NCBI GenBank assembly: GCA_014764505.1
Contig: JACXWX010000010.1
Span: 1-24,000 of the forward strand
Source: Phormidium tenue FACHB-886
Lineage (GTDB): Bacteria; Cyanobacteriota; Cyanobacteriia; Elainellales; Elainellaceae
DNA: 24,000 nt
Reading direction: 5' to 3'
The first letter of the stretch is position 1, and the number at the start of each line of letters is the position of its first letter. The position numbers and the translations under genes are program-made. Shown one piece after another: positions 1-8,472 of this stretch. Under the pieces are notes generated by a model. It did no database searches. It had not been told where the DNA came from and saw nothing but the letters and a program-made list of their open reading frames with translations.

Positions 1-150
1 GTAGCCACGATAGGTATAGCTGCAAATAAAGGTGCTCCGTTGGCACTGTTGATTACGACATTTGTAACGGGGTTTTCCAGCACTAGAGCGACCATGCCTG
101 ACGATATTATCACTGCCACAGTCTGGACAAACAACGGGTTCTAACACCAT
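1..150 (-). mobile_element. N-terminal fragment of IS1-family-type transposase (InsA-like zinc ribbon), truncated by window edge
   Basis: Reverse-strand translation from ATG at 150: MVLEPVVCPDCGSDNIVRHGRSSAGKPRYKCRNQQCQRSTFICSYTYRGY. The CPxCGS..V.HG....GK.RYKC...C pattern matches cyanobacterial IS1-like InsA N-termini. It is absent from the ORF track because it is short and open at the edge. Confidence 0.75.
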
Positions 151-244
151 GCTGCAATTTCAGAAAAAACATCTCTCTAATTCTCTCTCATTTCCACACG
201 TCTAGAACATTACCCCTGCGTTCTATATTTTCTAATTGCTTATA

Positions 245-287
245 GGCTCCAGGAGTAGTTGCGGATACAGCAATTAATCCTGGAGCC
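245..287. repeat. 10-bp inverted repeat GGCTCCAGGA / TCCTGGAGCC with 23-nt spacer
   Basis: Direct reading: 245-254 and 278-287 are exact reverse complements. Confidence 0.6.
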
Positions 288-387
288 AAACACGCCTCAT
301 TGCAAGCTTTTTAGAAGCATATTTTTTAGTCTGGACTAGATTTGGACTAAATTTTTAGCCCTCCGATCGCCCATTTTTACGCCTTTT

Positions 388-1410
388 TTAGTGCTTTAGT
401 ACTAGATCGACTGCTCCTGGAATCTGTTCAATTTGCGATCGAGATACCATCAAATTTGTCACTGCCCGTATCGAATGAGGGCCAACCGCTAGGACTGCAA
501 TGCCCTCCTTCAGCAAACCATCGACTAGCTGCTGAGCCGGAATCTTCGTATGGAATACTACAATGTTGGTCTGCACATCTTCTGGATTAATTTCAATTTT
601 TGAGATTTGGCTTAATCCCTCTGCCAGCATTTTTGCATTCTCATGATCTTCACTCAGCCGTTCCCGTTGATATTTCACTGCGTATAGCGCACCCGCTGCA
701 ATAATTCCTGCCTGTCGCATTCCACCGCCAAACATTTTGCGGAATCGCCTTGCTCTCTGCATCATCTCCGCTGACCCTGCCAGTGCTGATCCCACAGGCG
801 CACCTAATCCTTTCGAGAAGCATACACTCACCGTATCAAAGGGTGCTGCATAGTCTGCCTCTGAAATTCCTGTTGCCAGACAAGCATTCCAAAACCGCGC
901 CCCATCCAAATGCAGCCGCAGCGAATGCTCTCGGCAAACTTGCTCGATCGCTTTAATCTCTTGCAGTGGAAAAATTCGTCCACCGCTGCGATTGTGGGTA
1001 TTCTCCAAACACACTAGCCTTGTTCGTGGGAAATGCGGATCAATAGGGCGCAACACTCCCCGCAAATCCTCTGCCCCAAACACCCCCCGTCTTCCCTGCA
1101 CCAGTCGACAAGATACCCCCGACAGCGCTGCGGGAGCGCCTCCCTCATAGTAATAAATGTGCGCTTCCGACTCCAGAACCACCTCATCTCCCGGTTCCGT
1201 GTGCAGCCGTAGCGCAATCTGGTTCGTCATCGTCCCTGACGGCATATAAACTGCCGCCTCCTTTCCCAGTAAATCTGCGACATACGCTTCTAACGCATTC
1301 ACCGTGGGATCATCCCCAAAAACATCATCCCCAACCGCTGCAAAGGCCATAGCTTCGCGCATCTCAGACGTTGGCTGCGTAATCGTATCGCTTCGCAAAT
1401 CAATCATCAT
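388..1410 (-). CDS. ltaE: Low-specificity L-threonine aldolase (PLP-dependent, beta-eliminating lyase family)
   Basis: 340 aa; [58 protein letters not shown] and [14 protein letters not shown] are hallmark motifs including the PLP-lysine region. Confidence 0.93.
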   Translation of the reverse strand: MMIDLRSDTITQPTSEMREAMAFAAVGDDVFGDDPTVNALEAYVADLLGKEAAVYMPSGTMTNQIALRLHTEPGDEVVLESEAHIYYYEGGAPAALSGVSCRLVQGRRGVFGAEDLRGVLRPIDPHFPRTRLVCLENTHNRSGGRIFPLQEIKAIEQVCREHSLRLHLDGARFWNACLATGISEADYAAPFDTVSVCFSKGLGAPVGSALAGSAEMMQRARRFRKMFGGGMRQAGIIAAGALYAVKYQRERLSEDHENAKMLAEGLSQISKIEINPEDVQTNIVVFHTKIPAQQLVDGLLKEGIAVLAVGPHSIRAVTNLMVSRSQIEQIPGAVDLVLKH

Positions 1411-1512
1411 CGCGGTATTTCCCTATTCCCAACTTATGGCAACAGCTTGAATATAGCGTAATCCCACCCAAGGGCTGCACACAGAGCGCGACTCTAGCAC
1501 CCGTCTCAAACT

Positions 1513-1700
1513 GTCTCTTTTTAGACTCGTTTGTATTCTTTTGAGTCTAATTGGAGAATAATTAGTCTTAAGTTGGACTAAGAATAATACTTTTAAGTCT
1601 CTTTTTAGACTCACTTGTATTCTTTTAAGTCCAATCAAAGAACAGTTAGTCTCAGATTAGATTAAAAGTAATACTTGCAAGTCTCAATTAAGACAAACAG
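1513..1700. repeat. 84-bp imperfect tandem repeat: copy 1 1513-1596, copy 2 1597-1680, partial third start at 1681
   Basis: Both copies begin GTCTCTTTTTAGACTC and are exactly 84 nt apart; I count 18 mismatches by eye (about 79% identity) with no indels. Position 1681 begins again with GTCTC. Confidence 0.85.
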
Positions 1701-2022
1701 ATAAAACCAAAAAAAGTTCCTTTGGTCAAAACTAATTGCCCCTTTCTAAGTAGGCTCTTCTGAAAAATTCAACGATCGCTTTAAAGCTGTCTCTACATAT
1801 CCCCACGAGACAGATCACATCTATAGGAATGTGTCAATAGAAGCTGCAAAATCTCAATCTCATTCGAGATTTACGAGATCAATTGCTGGACTCGATTAAT
1901 ATCTAATAGACTCAAATAAGACACAGATCGAGTCTCCTCCCTGTAAAACTTTGTACGAACCTTGTACGATCGAACTGGCTCATTCAGCTTTGCCAATATC
2001 TAAAACAGTTAACGCAGTTAGC

Positions 2023-2619
2023 ATGAACCGTTCTTTCTTTAATCACTTTCTAACGCTAGCCTTCATACTTCTAAGTTTTCTAGCTGCCTTAACTTTCATA
2101 TGTCAGGCAGCGTTCGCTGCTGTTCTCTATACTGCCGACACATCCGGTTCTGTTATCATTCAATCTCGCCGTACGCTGCACGACCAAGACCACCATAGCT
2201 GGCAGGCGATCGCCTTCAAGCCCATCCAGCCTGACGGCAAAATTGGTGAACTATCTCTGCGGTTGATTGGGTTTCCAGGCACTGTTGAAATTGCTCATCC
2301 TCGATCCATTACCCTCACCAATCCTCAAGGGCAAAGCATCTTAGTTCCATCTGCTCCTTCCCCTAGCTTTTCCAACCAGCCTCACGTCGGTCAATACAAT
2401 TTGCAAGCCATCTTGTCCCAGCTCTCCACAGACTACCGACTCCAGCTAGAGCTACCCAGCCATCCCTCCACCCGCCTGCAAATTCCCCCCGCCCTTCTGC
2501 AGGAATGGCAAACGATCGCCAATCTACAGCCCAGCGATCTAATCCATGCTTGCCAAAAATTCCCGCTAGAAGCCCAGCACAATCCCGCCTTTCCCACCTG
2601 GATCGGCTGTTCCGATTAA
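2023..2619 (+). CDS. DUF3122-like cyanobacterial protein with N-terminal hydrophobic signal segment
   Basis: ORF track gives 1951 (TTG start), but ATG at 2023 begins MNRSFFNHFLTLAFILLSFLAALTFICQAAFA, a signal-peptide-like sequence. The following LYTADTSGSVIIQSRRTLHDQDHHSWQAIAFKP resembles the DUF3122 family. Confidence 0.7.
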   Translation: MNRSFFNHFLTLAFILLSFLAALTFICQAAFAAVLYTADTSGSVIIQSRRTLHDQDHHSWQAIAFKPIQPDGKIGELSLRLIGFPGTVEIAHPRSITLTNPQGQSILVPSAPSPSFSNQPHVGQYNLQAILSQLSTDYRLQLELPSHPSTRLQIPPALLQEWQTIANLQPSDLIHACQKFPLEAQHNPAFPTWIGCSD

Positions 2620-2652
2620 GGATTATGGCACGTAGTGCCATAATCCTTAATC
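2614..2652 (+). terminator. Rho-independent terminator-like hairpin overlapping the stop codon of the DUF3122-like gene
   Basis: Perfect 18-bp stem GATTAAGGATTATGGCAC / GTGCCATAATCCTTAATC with GTA loop, followed by GTTTTTAT. Confidence 0.8.
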
Positions 2653-2749
2653 GTTTTTATGTAAGCGCATAGCGCTATAAAGGTAATAACTTAAATCCGC
2701 TGTTGATTCTCCAAACGATCAACAGCCGAAACAAGGGCAATCACTGCAT

Positions 2750-3091
2750 TTATCGAGAAGTTTGAACTACCACAGCGGTACCCGTCGCCGTAACCAACAG
2801 CAACGCCCCCGACTCATCAATATTGATCGTGCCTGTATCTACCTCAATTCCAATCACCGCATTTGCCCCCAAGCGAGCCGCCCGCTGCTCAAGTTCTGCC
2901 AGTGCATCCTGATGTCCCCGCTCAAAGACACGCTCATAGCTCGCCGTCCGTCCCCCAATAATGTCTCGGATTCCGGCAAAGAAATCACGCAGTGCGTTCG
3001 TTCCATAAACGACCTCTGCCGTTACCACCCCCAAATAAGACTCAATAATCGCTCCTTGAATGACATCCGTCGTTGTTAGCAGCATATACAT
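2750..3091 (-). CDS. YbjQ/UPF0145 family protein (DUF74-like heavy-metal-binding-type domain)
   Basis: 113 aa; TTTDVIQGAIIESYLGVVTAEVVYGTNALRDFFAGIRDIIGGRTASYE...ARLGANAVIGIEVD is the conserved family signature. Confidence 0.9.
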   Translation of the reverse strand: MYMLLTTTDVIQGAIIESYLGVVTAEVVYGTNALRDFFAGIRDIIGGRTASYERVFERGHQDALAELEQRAARLGANAVIGIEVDTGTINIDESGALLLVTATGTAVVVQTSR

Positions 3092-3178
3092 CCTCTACTA
3101 GCTGTAGTACAGCGTACGGTGGTATGAACAGCACAAGTTGTTGATAGAATCAACTACTGTTTCCCTACAACGCTCCCT

Positions 3179-4303
3179 ATGACACTATCACTCAAACTCT
3201 TACCCGTGAAGCACCCGTTGTTAGGCGCAATTAGCCTGTTGTTGATCGGCAGTTTTATCCTCCCTCAGCAGGTCTATGCCCAAGCCAGCCAGCTCAACCA
3301 AGCCCAATCTAGCCCCAGCAACGACGATCGCCTCAACGACCTCTTAGAACAAGGGCGCGAAACCGTAGAAGCCGGCAACCTAGCAGATGCTATTCCCCTC
3401 TATGAAGAAGCTGCCCGCCTCCAGCCCGACAACGCCCGCATCTTCTCAGCATTAGGCTTCCTGCAGGCACGCCAGAATAACTACCAAGCCGCCGTTGATG
3501 CCTACCAAAAAGCGATCGAACTCGACGCCAGCAACGGCGACTTTTACTACGCCCTCGGCTTCAGCAAAGCCAACCTGGGAGACAACGAAGGTGCTGCTGA
3601 TGCCTACCGCCGCGCTACCGAACTCAACCGTAACAGCGTTGAAGCGTACCTCGGCTTAGGCGTTGTCCTTGCCCGCCAAGGCGACTACGAAGGCGCGATC
3701 GCTGCATACCAGCAAGTTCTTGCTTCCCGTCCCAACGATGCCCGCCTCTACGAATTTATCGGTGCTGCCCACGTCCAAGAAGAACAATATCCTGCCGCGA
3801 TCGAAGCCCTCCAAAAAGCCGCCCAGCTCGACCCCCGCCGTGGCAGTATTTATCTTAACTTGGGCGTTGCCCTGCTTAACTCCGGTGACACCGCAGGCGG
3901 CATGTCAGCCTTCGAGAAAGCTGCCCAGCTTGACCCGCGCAACGGCTTAGTGCATCTGCAAATCGGCGATATTCTCCGCTCTCAGGGCGATGAAGACCAA
4001 GCCATCCGGCAATACGAACGCGCCCTCTCCGTCCAGCCCGACCTCACAGAAGCCCGCGCCACCCTCGGCGAGATCTACCTAAAACGCGAAGACTACGTAC
4101 GGGCGATCGTCGAATACCGCGAGCTGATCAAACTTGCTCCCGAAGATGCTGATGCCTTCTTCAACCTTGGAAATGCCCTCGTCGGACGCGATCGCAAGCC
4201 CGAAGCAATCGCTGCCTACCAAAGCGCCCTCAACCTCTACCAGCAGCAAAACAACAGCGACGGCATCGCAAAAACCGAAAACGCTCTCAAAGACCTCCAA
4301 TAA
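3179..4303 (+). CDS. Secreted or periplasmic tetratricopeptide repeat protein
   Basis: 374 aa; hydrophobic N-terminus (LLGAISLLLIGSFILPQQVYAQA) then successive 34-aa TPRs, e.g. DARIFSALGFLQARQNNYQAAVDAYQKAIELDAS and NGDFYYALGFSKANLGDNEGAADAYRRATELNRN. Confidence 0.92.
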   Translation: MTLSLKLLPVKHPLLGAISLLLIGSFILPQQVYAQASQLNQAQSSPSNDDRLNDLLEQGRETVEAGNLADAIPLYEEAARLQPDNARIFSALGFLQARQNNYQAAVDAYQKAIELDASNGDFYYALGFSKANLGDNEGAADAYRRATELNRNSVEAYLGLGVVLARQGDYEGAIAAYQQVLASRPNDARLYEFIGAAHVQEEQYPAAIEALQKAAQLDPRRGSIYLNLGVALLNSGDTAGGMSAFEKAAQLDPRNGLVHLQIGDILRSQGDEDQAIRQYERALSVQPDLTEARATLGEIYLKREDYVRAIVEYRELIKLAPEDADAFFNLGNALVGRDRKPEAIAAYQSALNLYQQQNNSDGIAKTENALKDLQ

Positions 4304-4491
4304 CACACCTCACTTATCCCACTGACGCGCTCTATCGAGCGATATTCCCCATCGCTTCCTCATTAATCTCACCTTGGATGCTAGACGATTCCCCCCAAAC
4401 TGCGGCATAGTTGACTGCACGAGCCTTTGATCCCTAGCAGCCTATCTGCTGCCTTGATCTACTCTTTCGGTTCACAGTCGATCGTCGTTCT

Positions 4492-5625
4492 ATGCTCCAG
4501 TCCATCGCTAAACTGCCGCGTCTCCTTACGCTGGGAATAGCCTTTCCGTTGCTCTTCCTCAACGGTTGGCTATTGCTGGTGCTAGCCCAAGAACTCCAGC
4601 CCCTCCTCAGCATCTTAATTACCGCCACACTGCTCGCCTTTTTGCTAGATTATCCAATTCGGTTTCTGGTCGATCGCGGGGTTAGGCGAGGCATTGCTGT
4701 CAGCTCTGTTCTGCTGCTATTTTTGGTGCTGCTCAGCCTCCTCGCTGTATTTCTCGTGCCGCTGATTTTGCAGCAAGCCAACGAACTCCTCACCCGCCTG
4801 CCAGAGTGGATCAAATCTGGGCAGCAGCAGCTCAAAACTTTAGAGAGCTGGGCGGTCGCACAGCAGTTTCCCATCGACCTCAGCACCGCCTTCAACCAGG
4901 TCGTGGCGCGGCTCACTACAGGAGTTCGATCGCTCACCAGCCAAGCCTTTGGGCTGGTCTTTGGCGCGATCGGCAGTGTCGTCAACGTCTTTCTCACCCT
5001 AGTCTTCACCATCTTTCTGGTGCTGCGCGGTGAAAGCCTTTGGAGCGGTATTCTCGGTTGGCTCCCCGCCCGGTGGAACACTCAAATTCGGCAGGCGTTG
5101 CCCCAAAACTTCGAGCGCTACATCGTCGGGCAAACAACCATGTCCGTCATTATTAGCCTTTGCCAAATCACCGTCTTGCTCTTTCTGCGCGTCCCACTTG
5201 CCCAACTGTTTGGGGTCGGCATCGGCGTTGCCAGCCTCGTCCCCTTCGGCGGCACCACCACAATTTTGCTCGTCAGCCTGCTGTTAGCTCTGCAAAACTT
5301 CTGGCTAGGAGCTAAAGTATTAGCCATTGCGCTCTCCGTCAACTGGCTGATCGAAAATATTCTGGCTCCTCGCATCTTAGGCGAACTGACCGGACTCAAC
5401 CCCGTTTGGATGCTGATCTCTCTCGATCTGGGGGTCAAACTAGGTGGCGTTCTAGGCTTAGTGATTGCCGTCCCGATCGCCAGCTTTATCAAAGCCACCG
5501 CCGACAGCATCCGCACCAGCCAGCCAGAACTATTCCTAGAACTGCTCAAACAGGGGTTAACTAGCTCCTCAGAAGAGCGCGACCCACCCGTAAAATCTTC
5601 CGCGATTGCTACCGAGTCAGAGTAA
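4492..5625 (+). CDS. AI-2E family transporter (PerM/YdiK-like permease)
   Basis: 377 aa; multiple hydrophobic helices, PIRFLVDRGVRRGIAV, GVGIGVASLVPFGG and ENILAPRILGELTGLNPVWMLISLDLGVKLGGVLGLVIAVPIAS are typical. Confidence 0.88.
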   Translation: MLQSIAKLPRLLTLGIAFPLLFLNGWLLLVLAQELQPLLSILITATLLAFLLDYPIRFLVDRGVRRGIAVSSVLLLFLVLLSLLAVFLVPLILQQANELLTRLPEWIKSGQQQLKTLESWAVAQQFPIDLSTAFNQVVARLTTGVRSLTSQAFGLVFGAIGSVVNVFLTLVFTIFLVLRGESLWSGILGWLPARWNTQIRQALPQNFERYIVGQTTMSVIISLCQITVLLFLRVPLAQLFGVGIGVASLVPFGGTTTILLVSLLLALQNFWLGAKVLAIALSVNWLIENILAPRILGELTGLNPVWMLISLDLGVKLGGVLGLVIAVPIASFIKATADSIRTSQPELFLELLKQGLTSSSEERDPPVKSSAIATESE

Positions 5626-5712
5626 GCAAGGTAGGGCAAAAAGGCAAATGTTGCCACTTGCCAAGGCAGCAGCTAGCTTGGGAAAGATCTCTAGCTGGTT
5701 TCAACTTCCCCC

Positions 5713-6258
5713 ATGATTGGTAAGATCGTCGACCGTTTCAAAGACCTCATCACATCTGACAGTCCTACCCTGGCAGGCACACCCCCCCAAGGAGAATTTG
5801 TCAAAGGCATTAACTTTGGCGGCGAAGCCGTGACGATCGAAGGACATCTATGGGATGCCTACGAAACTGCCCTTGCCCAAGGCTTATCCGTTCCGGATGC
5901 CACCTGTATCAGCACTCACGTCAAACCCACCCCTGCTGCCCCCCTTGAGCTCCGCAAAATGCTCAACACCGTCATCTACAAACGGCAGCAGCTCGACATC
6001 ACACAACCCTTACCCAACGGCAGCTACAACCTTTATCTCTGGATTATGGAGAACTACGCCACCGACTGGCACTCCCTCACCCTCCAGATCGACAGTCAGC
6101 CGATCGCCACAGAAATCGGCAAGCTCGCTCTAGGGCAATGGAAGCGCTACGGCGCCTATCCTGCAACAGTTACAGACGGCAAGCTGCAGGTGTCGATCGT
6201 CATTGCCAACCCGGAGCTAGATGCCCACCTGATGGGAATAAGCCTCTTCAAGCTGTAA
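5713..6258 (+). CDS. Conserved-type hypothetical protein, 181 aa
   Basis: Complete ORF beginning ATG shortly after a gene on the same strand; well-ordered sequence containing FVKGINFGGEAVTIEGHLWDAYETA. No confident family assignment. Confidence 0.75.
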   Translation: MIGKIVDRFKDLITSDSPTLAGTPPQGEFVKGINFGGEAVTIEGHLWDAYETALAQGLSVPDATCISTHVKPTPAAPLELRKMLNTVIYKRQQLDITQPLPNGSYNLYLWIMENYATDWHSLTLQIDSQPIATEIGKLALGQWKRYGAYPATVTDGKLQVSIVIANPELDAHLMGISLFKL

Positions 6259-6632
6259 ATGTAGCGCTTGCCCTCATAATGAGGACTATTTTTGTTGTGT
6301 GTCGTGCTCTCCGTGGCACACAGCAAGAAATAATATCGTGTACAGCTAGGAATCGCTGCAGATGACTGTAGAGTGATAGATTTTGCGATTAATCTATTAA
6401 ACAGTTCTGTCAATAGCAAAGATATATTTGCCACCATTACGTTCATAAGAGCGTACTAGATCGCCATGGCGTGGCGTCATGCGTCCAGTCTGAGTTTCTT
6501 CTCAAAGCCTTACTCAGCAGAGCTTTTACAAAGAAAGACTTGTCATCAAAAAGGAAGAGTACCTGTACGGGTACTGCCCATCCTAACCTTGCCGACATTA
6601 CATTGTATGTAAATCGCTCAAGGAAAAAAATC

Positions 6633-7229
6633 ATGCTTGTTTCTACTTTTGAAGTTCTGGTCAAGCCTCAACTACCCAGTACAACTCCAATCGGAAAACT
6701 TAGCCGTAAGGTCATTCAAGGCTATTTCTTAACCATCGCTAATGTTAATTTCTTTCCCGTAACTGTATCCTTAGTTTTCACTGTTAAATTCCCAAACGAT
6801 CCAGATAGTAAAACAGAGCTTCCTACTTCATTTAACGATTTCCTTCAAGTTGTTGATATTTCAGGTCAAAACCTCTTTAAAGGAGGATTTGCTCAAGCAA
6901 ATCTTATTCCAGAAATAGTTCCCGAAAATAACAAAGCACGGCTGACGTTTACGCTGCCTGCAAACGGCACAGGCTTGCTCATATTGCAGCCCGACGTTAC
7001 CAAAAAGGACGTGCTATCTGGAGCAGACTTTGAAGCGCGTGGATATGTAGAAATCTTCTTATCCTCGCTATCTGGTTCAGACACCGCTACCTTGCTCATC
7101 ACCCCTGAACAGCGCGGTACCTTCTTCAACGATCTAAACGGCGCAACCCCAGATGATGTCAATCTGGATCAAATTGCCTACGCCCTCCCGGTCAGCAACG
7201 GCGGAGTTTTCACGCTCTCCAATGCCTAA
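6633..7229 (+). CDS. Hypothetical protein, about 198 aa, predicted beta-rich
   Basis: ORF track starts at 6471 with GTG, but ATG at 6633 preceded by AAGGAAAAAAATC is the likelier start (MLVSTFEVLVKPQLPSTTPIGKLSRKV...). Contains alternating hydrophobic and polar strands. Confidence 0.65.
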   Translation: MLVSTFEVLVKPQLPSTTPIGKLSRKVIQGYFLTIANVNFFPVTVSLVFTVKFPNDPDSKTELPTSFNDFLQVVDISGQNLFKGGFAQANLIPEIVPENNKARLTFTLPANGTGLLILQPDVTKKDVLSGADFEARGYVEIFLSSLSGSDTATLLITPEQRGTFFNDLNGATPDDVNLDQIAYALPVSNGGVFTLSNA

Positions 7230-7269
7230 TAGCATTGCCGATTTCAGAGATGAATTCATCAAGCAATGC

Positions 7270-7323
7270 CAGTAATTAGCCAGTAATTAGCCAGTAATTA
7301 GCCAGTAATTAGCCAGTAATTAG
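7270..7323. repeat. 11-bp tandem repeat CAGTAATTAGC, about 4.9 perfect copies
   Basis: Read directly: units start at 7270, 7281, 7292, 7303 and 7314 (last lacks final C). Confidence 0.95.
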
Positions 7324-7328
7324 GAGAA

Positions 7329-7366
7329 CAGAGGGCAGAAGGTACAAAATTCCCTTTCGCCCTCTG
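7329..7366 (+). terminator. Possible terminator hairpin downstream of 6633..7229
   Basis: CAGAGGGC (7329-7336) pairs with GCCCTCTG (7359-7366), 22-nt loop; no strong T tract. Confidence 0.35.
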
Positions 7367-7446
7367 CTTGCTACTACTTATTACTCCCCACCTTCTTAAG
7401 ACCAGATCCAACTTACGCGCTGAAATCGCCCCTTCACAAGACAGCC

Positions 7447-8472
7447 ATGCCAGCAACTTTTAAGTTCCGTCCAGTCTCCTTTAGCTGGGTAGCCATACAT
7501 CCCCAACCCAAAGGTGTCGTTCAATTTATCGGCGGTGCTTTCTTTGGCACTTTTCCTACCCTGTTCTACCGATATTTTCTGCAGCAGATTTATGAAGAAG
7601 GGTACACCATCATTGCATTTCCCTTCAGGTTTAGCTTTCGGCATTGGTCAATTGCGATCGATCTCCTCAAAGAGCAAGAGAGGCTGCGCCAAGAACTCTC
7701 AGCCCTCACAGGCGATGAGATTTATCAAGAAAAAGCCAGCTACTTTTGGCTAGGTCACAGCCTAGGCTGCAAGTATATCGCTCTACTGGAATTTCTTAGC
7801 GGTCAGAATTGGCAACAGATCGTAGAATCTTGCGTTGAATCAAATGTTTACCAACAGATTGAAACACTGATTCACAACGCTAATCTAAAAGATGCCTCCA
7901 TTCTAGGTCAGCCCTCCTTACTGATTGCACCCGACATTAGCAATACGGAAAGCGCAATTCCCGTTCCTGCCATTGCCGCTCTTCTCGATCGCGTTGGCTT
8001 AGGCGTCTTGCCAACCAGAGAGCAAACCCAGTGTTTTATTGAACAAAGCCGCTTATTCAACCTCACAGCCCTACTCTCCTTTGAGCAAGACACAGTAGCA
8101 GGCAGCAAAACCGACCGATTCAAAGACGAGCAAACCCAAGCAGATAGCGATGTCCTTTGGTTGCTCCAGCAGCTAAAAACCAGAAAGTTTCCAATTCTGC
8201 ATAGAGAGCTACCGGGCAAACACCTAGAGCCAGTAGGCGTACAAGTCGGTAAGTACATTGTCGATCTAAACCCATTCGACAAGTTTATTGAGCTGCTCAG
8301 TGGTCGATTACTGGAATGCTATACCCTCCAATTTTTAGCCCAGCTCAGGCAGCGCCAAAGCCAGCTTGACAACCTAACCGAAAAAGTAGAAATACAGTGC
8401 CAAAAAACTATTGAGCATCAAACTGTTGGGTATCAAACTATTGAGCATCGATCGCCGCCAAAACCCTCGTGA
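7447..8472 (+). CDS. DUF1350-like protein (alpha/beta hydrolase-like, cyanobacterial)
   Basis: 341 aa; VVQFIGGAFFGTFPTLFYRYFLQQIYEEGYTIIAFPFRFSFRHWSIAIDLLKEQERLRQ and FWLGHSLGCKYIALLE (nucleophile-elbow-like GHSLG) match this family. Confidence 0.85.
   Translation: MPATFKFRPVSFSWVAIHPQPKGVVQFIGGAFFGTFPTLFYRYFLQQIYEEGYTIIAFPFRFSFRHWSIAIDLLKEQERLRQELSALTGDEIYQEKASYFWLGHSLGCKYIALLEFLSGQNWQQIVESCVESNVYQQIETLIHNANLKDASILGQPSLLIAPDISNTESAIPVPAIAALLDRVGLGVLPTREQTQCFIEQSRLFNLTALLSFEQDTVAGSKTDRFKDEQTQADSDVLWLLQQLKTRKFPILHRELPGKHLEPVGVQVGKYIVDLNPFDKFIELLSGRLLECYTLQFLAQLRQRQSQLDNLTEKVEIQCQKTIEHQTVGYQTIEHRSPPKPS

Noticed and set aside
1423-1638. 71-aa minus-strand ORF (LKRIQ...LKRD) as a gene
   Set aside because: Coding status doubtful because it derives from the 84-bp repeat; kept only as part of the repeat finding.
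1513-1700. CRISPR array
   Set aside because: Repeats are 84 bp, contiguous and divergent, with no unique spacers and no cas genes.
2363-2641. Minus-strand 92-aa ORF
   Set aside because: Fully antisense to the well-supported DUF3122-like gene and ends within its terminator hairpin.
7270-7323. CRISPR or RNA gene
   Set aside because: 11-bp uninterrupted units without spacers; simple tandem repeat.
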